A DNA stretch of 64,000 nucleotides, taken from Pseudomonadota bacterium (GTDB lineage: Bacteria > Bdellovibrionota_B > Oligoflexia > Silvanigrellales > Silvanigrellaceae). The notes beneath the pieces were generated by a model that saw only the letters and a program-made list of their open reading frames with translations, was not told the DNA's origin and searched no databases. The stretch is taken from contig JBDLRP010000013.1 of the NCBI GenBank assembly GCA_039799905.1, forward strand, positions 1 to 64,000. Reading direction: 5' to 3'. Position numbers and translations under genes: made by a program. This document shows, in pieces, positions 19,233 through 28,948 of this stretch. Position 1 is the stretch's first letter. Every line of letters begins with the position of its first letter.

Positions 19233-20160
19233 AAAGCGCGCGCGGATATATTTTTCCGTCTTCAAAATGCCCAACCACAACTTCTGTGGCCAACGTCAGC
19301 CCGTAAACAAGACACAGGTCCTGTCGGCTGATTTGCGAAAAGGATGCCGACATCTCTCCGCTCCTCAGACCCGCTGCTATCTGCAGGACGACTCCGGAGG
19401 CTTCGGTATAACGACGAAAATACCTCAAAAAAGCATCCAATTCTTGACTATTTTCGGCAAAAAAAGAATGCGCCACGCCGCGAAAGTCGACACCCTTGCC
19501 AACAAATACACCTGCCGCAATTTGCCTCTGTGAGTCTTCAATCCAACTGACGCACATCTCCGGAATTTCAAGAACCTGACAAAACTTTGCGAAAGAAGAT
19601 GAGCTTTCGCCGCGTAACCGGCCACGCTCAAATGCACGCCAAAGGCGGACTTTTTCGTCTTCGCCAAGCACCGTCGTCAGCAGCGGCTGACGAAAAATGT
19701 GCTGACCGTCAGGCTGTGGATCCACGACGGAAAAGGAAGAGAGAATTTCGGTTCCGGCCCGCCTGAAGCCGAGCGATTCATAAAATTCCGGCTGATCGGA
19801 GAACAGATAAAGAAAGTCGTGAGACTCTTCAGCGCGAAGCTGTGAAATCACTTCAGTCAAAAGCCGTCGGCCAAAGCCGCGGCGCTGAAATTTCGGATCA
19901 ACGGCGACGCTGCCTATGCAACCCCCGCGTAGATATTGAGGCTCACTCCAAATCTCGGTGTCTACTGCACAGCAGGCGATAATGTTTTCGTTCGGGTCGA
20001 ACGCTGCAAATTTTCTTGCAGCTGACGAAGGCGAAAAAATATGCGGGAAACTCGCTGTATAATCAGTTACGGCAAATGCCGTACGCAGCAACTCCGACAA
20101 TCGGCCCGAAAAATCAGGCTGAGCAATTTGCCTCACGGCAATTTCAGCCTCGCGGGTCAT
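19222..20160 (-). CDS. GNAT-family N-acetyltransferase
   Basis: 'IGSVAVDPKFQRRGFGRRL' acetyl-CoA motif A; 'FYESLGF'. Confidence 0.88.
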   Translation of the reverse strand: MTREAEIAVRQIAQPDFSGRLSELLRTAFAVTDYTASFPHIFSPSSAARKFAAFDPNENIIACCAVDTEIWSEPQYLRGGCIGSVAVDPKFQRRGFGRRLLTEVISQLRAEESHDFLYLFSDQPEFYESLGFRRAGTEILSSFSVVDPQPDGQHIFRQPLLTTVLGEDEKVRLWRAFERGRLRGESSSSFAKFCQVLEIPEMCVSWIEDSQRQIAAGVFVGKGVDFRGVAHSFFAENSQELDAFLRYFRRYTEASGVVLQIAAGLRSGEMSASFSQISRQDLCLVYGLTLATEVVVGHFEDGKIYPRALFSS

Positions 20161-21110
20161 CGCGCGGAAACCGCCAGACGCTCGCCCATCTTGACCAGAG
20201 TCTCATGACCCCGCTGTGAATTTGCAACAAGGTCATCATCAAACTTTATGGTGTCTTTTTCAAAGAACAGCACGCAGGTGCTGCCGCCGAACTTGAAATA
20301 ACCTTTCTCGTCGCCGCGCTGCACCTGTGTTCCGGCACGATACGTCTGCACAATCGAGCCTACAAAAAGTGCGCCTATCTCCATCATCAGCACGGTTCCA
20401 ATTTCATTGTTGCGCAACTCGCAGATGGTCCGCTTGTTCAGGCAATAAACCGGAAGTCCCTGCTCAAGTGCATAGGGACTCACACTGTGCAGCAGCCCTG
20501 GAACCGTTTTGGTGATACCGACTTTTCCGCCGACGGGAAAATGAAAACGGTGGTAGTCGGATGGACAGAGGCGCAGAACCGCGCATGCGCCATCGCGAAA
20601 TTTATCCGCAAGATCCTGGTTTTTATTGAACAGCTCAAAAAGCTTTATCGGTGCCCATTTCACATACGACAGTGTCTGATCGTCGATCTTGGGAAAGACC
20701 AGCAAACGGCCGTCACCAGGCGATGCTACGTCTTTTTCCGACGGAGTCACCGGCCGCGCACCCGACTTCAATTTGCGAGCAAAGAAATCGTTGAAGCTTA
20801 CATACTCAACCAAATCCTTGCTGCATTCGCCGACGTCAATTCCAAGAGCCTGCACAAAATCCTCAATCTTGTGCTTGCTCGCGGCGGAGTCATTGTAGGC
20901 GCCGTAAACATTGCTCAAAAGGCGGTTGGTCAGCACGCGGCTGGTCACAGCAAGACCCATCGGGTGACCGTAGAACACCTTCATCACATCATCGCCATAA
21001 ACCTTCTCATGAAAAACTTCTCCGCTTTTCCGGTCGACGACCTCAATGCGCTTCGATTCAACACCCAAAATTTTAGAGAGCGCAAACTCCCGTCCACCAA
21101 AAAGCGCCAA
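20157..21110 (-). CDS. psd: Phosphatidylserine decarboxylase proenzyme
   Basis: 'SFNDFFARKLK', 'SPGDG', 'RLCPSDYHRFHFP', cleavage motif 'FKFGGST'. Confidence 0.95.
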   Translation of the reverse strand: MALFGGREFALSKILGVESKRIEVVDRKSGEVFHEKVYGDDVMKVFYGHPMGLAVTSRVLTNRLLSNVYGAYNDSAASKHKIEDFVQALGIDVGECSKDLVEYVSFNDFFARKLKSGARPVTPSEKDVASPGDGRLLVFPKIDDQTLSYVKWAPIKLFELFNKNQDLADKFRDGACAVLRLCPSDYHRFHFPVGGKVGITKTVPGLLHSVSPYALEQGLPVYCLNKRTICELRNNEIGTVLMMEIGALFVGSIVQTYRAGTQVQRGDEKGYFKFGGSTCVLFFEKDTIKFDDDLVANSQRGHETLVKMGERLAVSAR

Positions 21111-21113
21111 AGT

Positions 21114-24002
21114 TCATCCCTCCTGCGGAGTCACAGTAAATTCGCGCTGCACGATACGTCCACCATCAAGTCCGCTGCCGGGCCCGAGGAGGATCAGCTG
21201 ATCGGCAAATTCTTGAAATGCCTTGTGGTGTTCAACCACCACAAATGTATGCCCTTGTTGTGTCAGGCTGCGCAATGTTTTGAGCAGTTGTCCGACGTCT
21301 TTTTCCGAAAGACCACGGGTCGGCTCGTCGAGAATGCAAAAAAGCTGCTTTGACCCTTTGGTGAGCGCAGAGCAGAGCCTCAGCCGCTGTGCCTCGCCAC
21401 CAGACATAAAGGTCGTCGGCACCCCGAGCGGCAAGTGCCCCAAGCCAAGCCGCACCGCTACTGAAAGTGGCTTGGCAAACGCACTCTCCTGTGCAAGCTC
21501 AACCGAACAATCATCGAGGCTTGTTTCCAGCCATTCACGGATGTTGCGGCCGCGCCAGCGCACGGCCAGAACTTCCTTGCGGTAGCGGCCGCCAAGACAT
21601 TCGGGACACTGCTTGTCGACTTCGCCCAGAAAAAACAAATCTTCGCGGATAAAGCCCTTGCCACCACATTCTTCACACGCGCCGGCGCCATTGAAAGAAA
21701 AATCACTGGCCATCAGATCGAGATTCTTTGCCTCGGGAGTTTGCGCAAACTGCTTGCGCAGACCGTCCATCAACCCCAATACTGTCGCCGGAACACTGGT
21801 GATGGTTCGGTGCATCGCCTTTTGCTCTACACTGACAACATCACAGTCGTCGAAGAAATTTTTGGGCAGCGTCAGGCGATTCCAAAGCCCTCGTCCCTCA
21901 TCCGGATCAAGGCGATTGTTTTCAGCCTGCCCCGTATCCATGAGCCAATCGAGCGCCGCCTCGAGTCCGCAATGAATCAGAGTCGACTTTCCTGCCCCGC
22001 TTGGACCGCCAATCACAGTGAGCCTGCCCAGCGGAATTTCAAGTCTGACGTCCTTGCAGTTGTGCATCGAGAAACCATCCAAGACCGCAGCATTGCGCAC
22101 ACCAGGCAATGCCTCTGCCAGGGGAATCTTTTTTCTGCGAACAGGCTTCAAGCCGAGCGCTTTGATATCCAAAAACACCGACTCGGGCTCAGTGCCTGCG
22201 GGCGGTAAAAGCTCTCCGCCGCGACTGCCGCCGCCTGGCCCCAATTCATACCAAACATCGGCATTGCGGATGAGTTCAGGATCATGTTCGACCATCAAAA
22301 CCGTGTTCCCCAGGTCGCGTAATTCCTTTAGGCAAGCCACAAGTTGGGGAATTTCGGCACGTCCAAGACCGACGCTGGGTTCGTCGAGAACATAGAGGGC
22401 GTCTGTCAGTCCGTTGCCAATGACGCGCGTCAGCAACACCCGCTGATATTCACCGCCGCTCAACGTCTTACAGCGGCGGGATAACGTGCTGGAGCCCAAG
22501 CCGAGGCGGATGAGCAAATCAATCTTGCGCGAAAGCTCCTGCCAGATGTCTCTGAGTCCGGTGAGTCTGTGTGAAAGTTTTGCTGACCCCTCAACCGCCC
22601 TCATCCACATCTGAACAGAACTGATTTCACCGTGCATAAGAGAGCTGTATGAGACACCCTGACAGTGTGCCTGACGTCCAGCGCCCGCGAGGCGGGTGCC
22701 GGAACAATCAGAACACGTCACGTATCGACGGTATTTTGCGAGCAGAATACGCGACTGCTGTTTGTAGCGTTCAGCCTCAAGCGCAGCAAAGAATTCTTCG
22801 ATGCATACAAATTGTGATTTGCGGCGGGAGCGCGTGCCGTCGGCATTGTCCTGCGGCAATCCAGACCATATGATCTTGCGTTGATCTGCAGACAGTTTGG
22901 ACCAAGGCACCGTGACAGGAATCGACAGTGAGCGACAGGCGCGGATGAGTTCATCGTTCATCCAGCCGTATACTTCGCTCGACCAAGGCTTGATGGCTTT
23001 ATCCTGAAGACTCAGCCGCGGATCGGGAATGATCTTTGCCTCATCGAGCACAGGAACATTGCCAAGCCCCCGGCACGTACGGCAACCACCCAGCACACTT
23101 TGCCAATCGAGGTCGCCGGATTGAATCAACTGGGTTGTATCGTTGCACGAGTGACAAAACGGCTGAACGCGAAAAACATGATTTTCGGTTACCTTTTCGC
23201 TGTCGGCATGAAAATCGAGCAGCTGCAGGTTGGAAAAGCGGTTGGAAAAGCGCACCTGACTCCATACGGCATCAGTGCGATTGCGCAGTTCATCCTGCGC
23301 AATATCGGAGGACATTCTGTCGAGCACCACCAACACATCGGAGGGGCACGCGGCAACACGTTTTTTATCGGATTTCAATTCATCGATTTCAGCAACAACA
23401 CCATCAACGATAATTTTCGTGATGCCCTCAAGCACAAAGCTCTCGAGTGTTTGCCGTCTCTCCTTGGGATCATCCGGCAGACGGAAGGGAATCGCCAAAA
23501 TCTTATAAACTTCGCCCGCAGAATCGCGCGAAAAATCCTCATTGAGCCGCTGCACTAATTCGGCAACCGAGTGAGTTTCGGCTGGAGAACCACAGCGAGA
23601 GCAGCTGTCATCCATCAAAGTGACAAAAGAAATGCGCAGCGGATCGAAAATATCTGCGCTTGTCCCGACAACCGAACGCGGATCTCCGGTGCGGTTTGTC
23701 TGCTTGAGGGCAACGGCCGCTGGTATGTTGTCTATTTGGTCGAATTCTCCGGCCGGCAGGCCTTGCAAAAACTGCCGCTCGTAGGTTCCGAGAGTTTCGA
23801 GAAATCTTCGCTGTGCTTCTGCATAAATCGTATCAAAAACAAGCGAGCTTTTGCCACTGCCCGACACCCCTGTAACGGCGACCCACTTGCCCAGCGGAAT
23901 GTCGAGACGCAAATTTTTAAGATTGTGAGTTCGCACGCCCTCGCAAGAAATGACGGCCTGCGTCGAACTCTTTTTTGTATCCGCTTCACTGTGTTTGGGC
24001 AT
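21114..24002 (-). CDS. uvrA: UvrA-family excinuclease ATPase (divergent)
   Basis: 'THNLKN', two Walker A motifs (GVSGSGKSS, GPSGAGKST), LSGGE/MSGGE signatures, LDEP Walker B motifs, CxxC zinc motifs. Confidence 0.88.
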   Translation of the reverse strand: MPKHSEADTKKSSTQAVISCEGVRTHNLKNLRLDIPLGKWVAVTGVSGSGKSSLVFDTIYAEAQRRFLETLGTYERQFLQGLPAGEFDQIDNIPAAVALKQTNRTGDPRSVVGTSADIFDPLRISFVTLMDDSCSRCGSPAETHSVAELVQRLNEDFSRDSAGEVYKILAIPFRLPDDPKERRQTLESFVLEGITKIIVDGVVAEIDELKSDKKRVAACPSDVLVVLDRMSSDIAQDELRNRTDAVWSQVRFSNRFSNLQLLDFHADSEKVTENHVFRVQPFCHSCNDTTQLIQSGDLDWQSVLGGCRTCRGLGNVPVLDEAKIIPDPRLSLQDKAIKPWSSEVYGWMNDELIRACRSLSIPVTVPWSKLSADQRKIIWSGLPQDNADGTRSRRKSQFVCIEEFFAALEAERYKQQSRILLAKYRRYVTCSDCSGTRLAGAGRQAHCQGVSYSSLMHGEISSVQMWMRAVEGSAKLSHRLTGLRDIWQELSRKIDLLIRLGLGSSTLSRRCKTLSGGEYQRVLLTRVIGNGLTDALYVLDEPSVGLGRAEIPQLVACLKELRDLGNTVLMVEHDPELIRNADVWYELGPGGGSRGGELLPPAGTEPESVFLDIKALGLKPVRRKKIPLAEALPGVRNAAVLDGFSMHNCKDVRLEIPLGRLTVIGGPSGAGKSTLIHCGLEAALDWLMDTGQAENNRLDPDEGRGLWNRLTLPKNFFDDCDVVSVEQKAMHRTITSVPATVLGLMDGLRKQFAQTPEAKNLDLMASDFSFNGAGACEECGGKGFIREDLFFLGEVDKQCPECLGGRYRKEVLAVRWRGRNIREWLETSLDDCSVELAQESAFAKPLSVAVRLGLGHLPLGVPTTFMSGGEAQRLRLCSALTKGSKQLFCILDEPTRGLSEKDVGQLLKTLRSLTQQGHTFVVVEHHKAFQEFADQLILLGPGSGLDGGRIVQREFTVTPQEG

Positions 24003-24885
24003 GCCGGTTCAGTTCCTGCTGAGCAAATTCGGGCGGAGAGTATCCGCGGACATCCAGAAAATGAGTGATCCACGGATCGTGCAAATCATGCAACTCTTTC
24101 CATGTACCTTTTGCAATCAGCCGACCGTCGTGGAGAATTGCGACCCGCCGTGCAAATGTGAAGGCAACCTCAACACTCGAAGTGACGCAGAGTAAACTAC
24201 TGCCCACTTCTGCAGCAAGCTTGTGAATCATATCAATAACCACAGCCGAGGTCACAGGATCCAGACCCGCTGTCGGCTCATCGAGCAACGCCAGGTCGGG
24301 CGAGGTCGACAATGCCCTGACAATGCCGACGCGACGGCGCATTCCACCCGACAACTCACTTGGAAGCTTGCGGGCGGCTGTTGGTAAATTCACACTCGCC
24401 AGCATGCGATGCACCTTTTCCTCCATGTCGTAGGCGGGCAGTTCGGTCATATTCTCCATCGCAAAGAGAATGTTTTCGCGCACAGTCATGAAGTCAAAAA
24501 GTGCGCCGAGCTGAAAAGCCATTCCGACGCGCGTGAGCAATTGGTTCTTTTCCTGCCGACCAAGCAAATTGATATTTTGCCCAAATAAATTCACCGTCCC
24601 TCGTTCGGGCGCGATCAGGCCGAGCATGCCTTTGAGAAGTGTACTTTTGCCGCTGCCGCCCGCGCCGAGAATCGACAAATGCTCTCCGCGGGTCATTTTC
24701 AAATCCACACCTTCCAGCACCCGCCGCCCGTCGTAGGCCTTGTGAAAATTGACAACTTCGACAATAGTCTCTGTTCGATCAGGGGATTGTCGCTTTTGCT
24801 CTCGGCCATGAGTTGGTCCTAAAGACATCTGTTTCTCTTTCCCGCATTCGGTGGTCGAGCACTCAAACTCCGAGAAGTCTGACAT
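23986..24885 (-). CDS. ABC transporter ATP-binding protein, MlaF/Ttg2A-like
   Basis: 'GAGGSGKSTL', 'FQLGALFD', 'PSELSGGMRRRV', 'DEPTAGLDPVTS'. Confidence 0.88.
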   Translation of the reverse strand: MSDFSEFECSTTECGKEKQMSLGPTHGREQKRQSPDRTETIVEVVNFHKAYDGRRVLEGVDLKMTRGEHLSILGAGGSGKSTLLKGMLGLIAPERGTVNLFGQNINLLGRQEKNQLLTRVGMAFQLGALFDFMTVRENILFAMENMTELPAYDMEEKVHRMLASVNLPTAARKLPSELSGGMRRRVGIVRALSTSPDLALLDEPTAGLDPVTSAVVIDMIHKLAAEVGSSLLCVTSSVEVAFTFARRVAILHDGRLIAKGTWKELHDLHDPWITHFLDVRGYSPPEFAQQELNRHAQTQ

Positions 24886-24967
24886 GTGACTCCTGCGGGC
24901 TCAAGACAGGTGCCAAGGCAACCGACCCCTATAAAGCCGGAATCTGCCTGTTGACAGGGAGTCATAC

Positions 24968-26074
24968 GTGAGCGCTTTAAAAGAACTGGTCAAACGCCAA
25001 CCGAAGATCGCCCCCATCGTCAGCACCCTGGTGTGTATAGGGATAGGCTGGGAAAGAGCTCATTCGTTTGCCTCAGCCCAACAATCGGGTCTTGATGCAT
25101 TGCCTGAATCACCGCTCGGCCCCGCAGCAGCGGCTGCCAAGGGTGAGAAAAAAATCGACTTGCCGATTGAGGGCGGGGCGGAACCAGCGGCAGTCAAAAA
25201 GAAGATTATTCTCAAGACAGATCTTTTGCAGACCCTTCCGCTCGAACAGCGTGCTGTGCAAAAGTTTGAAAATATCAAAACCAAACAGCAGGCGTGTGCA
25301 GCTCTCGAAGGAAAAATTCTCACCTACTACGACTCTGTTGCGGTTGTACTCAACTGCCAGCAACGGCCGGTCGAGGATCCCGACCTGCTCAATGAACTCG
25401 TATTGAGGCAGAAGAAAATCGTGTCGGAAGTCCCGGCACACGTCTATCGACTCATTCCCTTCGGCGAACCTTGGCTGGCAAACCAGAACCAGTCGTTGAC
25501 GCAGTCGAAAGTCTGCCGCGAGCTGAACGGAAAATACGTCACATCAACGGGTAACGATTATTATTTTATTGAGGCCTGCAAAAAACGCTCTTTCAGCAAC
25601 TACGTCGAACTGCAGGCTCATAACAAGAGAAATGCCCCTGTTCTGACGGTTCCTCCCGACCAGATCGACAAAATTCCCAACGGGCAGGCGCTTGAAGGAA
25701 ATTACGATCGCGAGGTTGAAGCACTTTACAAGATCGTCGGTGATTCCACCCTAAGCCCGATGAGTACCAAAAACGGCCGCAAAAAGCCTGTATCATCTGC
25801 GGAGGAACTTGAAGAGCTCCCGAGTATGAAGGGAAAATCAACCGACCTCAAAACCATATGCAAAGAACTGAATCAAAAAGTAGTGTCTTTTTATTCGCAG
25901 CTCTTTTTCATCACCCAGTGCCAAAAGCGTCCGGTCAAAGAACTTCCCATCGAAGTTCAACAGCGTTTTGCAGAGCGCGGTGCGAGCATCATCGACGTGT
26001 CATCCCGCCAGCTGGATCTCATTCCGATGGGCAAGGAAATGAACGAAGACGAGGCGCTCAACTTGATTAAGTGA
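24968..26074 (+). CDS. Exported hypothetical protein with three Cys-paired ~70-aa repeats
   Basis: GTG start with GGGAG SD; N-terminal hydrophobic segment; three units C..L..K.......C.(Q/K)R....IP.G. Confidence 0.75.
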   Translation: MSALKELVKRQPKIAPIVSTLVCIGIGWERAHSFASAQQSGLDALPESPLGPAAAAAKGEKKIDLPIEGGAEPAAVKKKIILKTDLLQTLPLEQRAVQKFENIKTKQQACAALEGKILTYYDSVAVVLNCQQRPVEDPDLLNELVLRQKKIVSEVPAHVYRLIPFGEPWLANQNQSLTQSKVCRELNGKYVTSTGNDYYFIEACKKRSFSNYVELQAHNKRNAPVLTVPPDQIDKIPNGQALEGNYDREVEALYKIVGDSTLSPMSTKNGRKKPVSSAEELEELPSMKGKSTDLKTICKELNQKVVSFYSQLFFITQCQKRPVKELPIEVQQRFAERGASIIDVSSRQLDLIPMGKEMNEDEALNLIK

Positions 26075-26135
26075 GCGCCTCTCATTCTGATGTCCTTCCT
26101 TCTTATTGAAGCGATAGATCCCGCAGAATTGAACG

Positions 26136-27053
26136 TCAGCGGGTGGCACCGTCTGCGGTGAGCATGCGCAAAACAACGTAGTCGGGCTGAGAACCTGCGG
26201 GCACTGAACCTGTCACGTAGGTATCCGATCCGTGCCCCACGGCAAGAAGCTGATCTTTTGCAATGCCGAATTCATAGCGCAGAAAACGCTCGATGCTCTC
26301 GGCGCGCAGGGCCGTTTCCTGCCTGAGTTTTTGTCGGGAACCGGCACGCCGCGCATGCACTTCAATCAGCAATTTACCATGTGCTTCGGCAAAATTTCCA
26401 GCCAGCAACTTCTTCAAAGACTCCTGACCGCTGCGCGACAACTCCAACTGCAGACCCGCTGCACCGGGGTCAAACAAAGAGTCTGCCGGAATGGTGACGC
26501 GCGGTGTGACTTTACGCACCTGCGCAATCTCTTTTTTGCGCACAACAACAAGGTCACCCACCATAGGCATCGGATACAGGTTTCCTCCGGAAACCAGCTC
26601 ATCCTGAACACCCGCATCAACTCCGACAGCCTGTCCTGAAGCGTGCAAAAGCCCCTCAACAAGTGCTCCGTTGCGGGCAATCACTTCCCCATGACCCAAA
26701 GCCACCCAGCGACCGGGCGGCAAACAGCGAAGTACATCGAATTCCGCACCTGTCTGAAGCTGACGCGGAACTGCATAATCGTCGGATTCGTCGGAGGCAC
26801 TTCGCAGCGCCCAAGCGACCCTGACCTTGCCTTCATCACTGCGCTCTACCCGCTGCAATGCGATGGGTTGGTCGGGCAGGGAGCTCAGGGCATCAGCACC
26901 GCAACCGCTAGCATTGCTGCGTGCCCAAGCGCCAAGGCTCATCGAAGATACCGAAATTACAAGAACGTTCTTCAAAATCCGGCACTGAACAGCCGCCGAA
27001 ATGAGTTCGTCCGTGTACCCCATTACCTGCTTGAGTCTAGTTGCAAGCCTCAT
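26136..27053 (-). CDS. Hypothetical exported protein with C-terminal OmpA/MotB-like domain
   Basis: 'IPADSLFDPG', 'LLIEVH...G.......RAESIERFL...GI....L.AVGHG' resembles the OmpA_C fold. Confidence 0.6.
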   Translation of the reverse strand: MRLATRLKQVMGYTDELISAAVQCRILKNVLVISVSSMSLGAWARSNASGCGADALSSLPDQPIALQRVERSDEGKVRVAWALRSASDESDDYAVPRQLQTGAEFDVLRCLPPGRWVALGHGEVIARNGALVEGLLHASGQAVGVDAGVQDELVSGGNLYPMPMVGDLVVVRKKEIAQVRKVTPRVTIPADSLFDPGAAGLQLELSRSGQESLKKLLAGNFAEAHGKLLIEVHARRAGSRQKLRQETALRAESIERFLRYEFGIAKDQLLAVGHGSDTYVTGSVPAGSQPDYVVLRMLTADGATR

Positions 27054-27168
27054 TATGGCTCCCCTCCGGACGGCTGAAAATAGCGTCCACCGATGAAAAA
27101 CCCATCGGCAGCCGCTGTTGCGCAGAAGAGTGCAGTATTTTCAGCGTAAAGTACGAAAATGACAGCTG

Positions 27169-27900
27169 ATGATTCAACCCAACGTGGGAAGGGACAAAGC
27201 AAAAATGAGACAGGCCGGTTCACTTGTGGAACGCATGAAGCGCGGCGAGGCAGCTCCCGACAAACACTTCAACCCATACCTCCACGAGGCGCTCGAGTAT
27301 CAAAACATTCTCTTTACGGGTTCAGACTGGGCAGAAAAGAGCACTCAGGTTTTTAGCGAACCACACAAGCCTTTGCTCATCGAAGTGGGCTGCTACATGG
27401 GCAAAAACGTTCTCGAGTTTGCCACCCACAACCCCGGATGGAATGTTTTGGGTATCGATATTACGTACAAACGGGTGGTCAAGACAGCACGAAAAATCCG
27501 CACTCTTGAACTCAACAATGCCAAAATCGTGATCAACGATGCCCGGCAGGCGCTCGCTGCAATACCCGATCATTCGCTCGCGGGCGTGTGCGTCTTCTTT
27601 CCAGATCCATGGCCAAAGAAAAAGCAACTGAAAAACCGCCTTCTGCAGGCACCTTTTCTCGACCTGCTGCGGCAAAAACTGCGTCCCGCGGATGGCTTTT
27701 TCTGGTTCAAAACCGACAGTGCCGACTATTTTGAGTGCGTTCAGCAAACGGCAAACGAGCTCGGCTGGAATGAATCCCAGCCGGATGTTCTGCCCAATGG
27801 GCTTGAGCCACTTCCCTACACAACCGTTTTTGAGGCACTCTTCATCAGTAAGAATTTGCCCATCTACCGCAGGGTCTTTACGCCGCCCACAAAATCGTGA
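27169..27900 (+). CDS. trmB: tRNA (guanine-N7)-methyltransferase
   Basis: 'IEVGCYMG', 'FFPDPWPKKK..KNRL', 'FKTDSADY'. Confidence 0.92.
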   Translation: MIQPNVGRDKAKMRQAGSLVERMKRGEAAPDKHFNPYLHEALEYQNILFTGSDWAEKSTQVFSEPHKPLLIEVGCYMGKNVLEFATHNPGWNVLGIDITYKRVVKTARKIRTLELNNAKIVINDARQALAAIPDHSLAGVCVFFPDPWPKKKQLKNRLLQAPFLDLLRQKLRPADGFFWFKTDSADYFECVQQTANELGWNESQPDVLPNGLEPLPYTTVFEALFISKNLPIYRRVFTPPTKS

Positions 27901-27952
27901 GCGGTTAAAATTCAATTACGGTTGGTGACGGGGCAACAATGGAGATCATGAC

Positions 27953-28948
27953 ATGCACCCCAACGCCAACCCAGAGACGCACTCGGATCACGAACAGGAC
28001 ATCTCGGGCGCCCGCCGCGCAGCGGTTCAAGCCGCAATCGCAGCGGGATTTCTTGCGCTCAGCAAACTCATTCTGTTTTTCATCTCGGGTTCAATGATTG
28101 TCGCCCTTTCAGCATGGGACAGCGCACTGGACGTGTGCGTAAGCGCAGTCAATCAAAAAGTCATTCACTTTGCCCGTCAGCAGCCCGACAGCAATCATCC
28201 TTATGGTCATGGAAAAGCCGAATCAATGGCAGCATTGGCACAGGGAGCGCTCATCATCGGTGGAGCACTTTTGATTATCGTCTCCAGCGGGCAAAAACTC
28301 TGGGACGCCATGCTTCAAGAAATGGCTCCGCTGGAAATGCCATGGCACACCGCAGCTTTTTTTCTCGTTGCCGCATCGGCCAGTGCATTTATCACTCGAA
28401 AATTAAAAGCAGCGTCCAAACGCTTCAATAGCCCGGCACTCAACGCGGACTCGGAGCACTACAAAACCGACGTCATTGCAAACGTCGCAAGTGCTGTCTC
28501 CATTGCAGTGATTGCCTTAACCGGCATTCCGTGGCTCGATCCCCTGCTGGCGGCTGTGTTTGCACTGCACATCGGGCATGGAGGATTCAAACTGGTATCC
28601 TCGAGCATTGACGACCTGCTCGACCATGACTTGCCCGATGAGCTCAAGGAAGACGTCTTGAAAATCATTTCAGAAGCAAGCGATCTAGTTATTGATGTGC
28701 ACAACTTTCGCGGCCGGCGCAGCGGCCACAAGTACTACATTGACTTCCACGTAACGCTGCCAGCGCATCTCGATTTCCGCACTGTCCACGAGATTACAGA
28801 ACACATTGAACAGGTCATTGAAAAGAGGTTCGCCGCCGACGTTGTCGTGCACGCGGATCCGGCAGACATAACGCTTGGCAAACAGCGCACTGCCGCAGGA
28901 CTGCACAGAACCCTGCATGCTCCCGAAGAAATGGACCCGCAACGCTGA
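27953..28948 (+). CDS. Cation diffusion facilitator (FieF-like)
   Basis: 'DSALD', 'HPYGHGKAE', 'ADSEHYKTD', C-terminal 'VVVHADP'. Confidence 0.92.
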   Translation: MHPNANPETHSDHEQDISGARRAAVQAAIAAGFLALSKLILFFISGSMIVALSAWDSALDVCVSAVNQKVIHFARQQPDSNHPYGHGKAESMAALAQGALIIGGALLIIVSSGQKLWDAMLQEMAPLEMPWHTAAFFLVAASASAFITRKLKAASKRFNSPALNADSEHYKTDVIANVASAVSIAVIALTGIPWLDPLLAAVFALHIGHGGFKLVSSSIDDLLDHDLPDELKEDVLKIISEASDLVIDVHNFRGRRSGHKYYIDFHVTLPAHLDFRTVHEITEHIEQVIEKRFAADVVVHADPADITLGKQRTAAGLHRTLHAPEEMDPQR

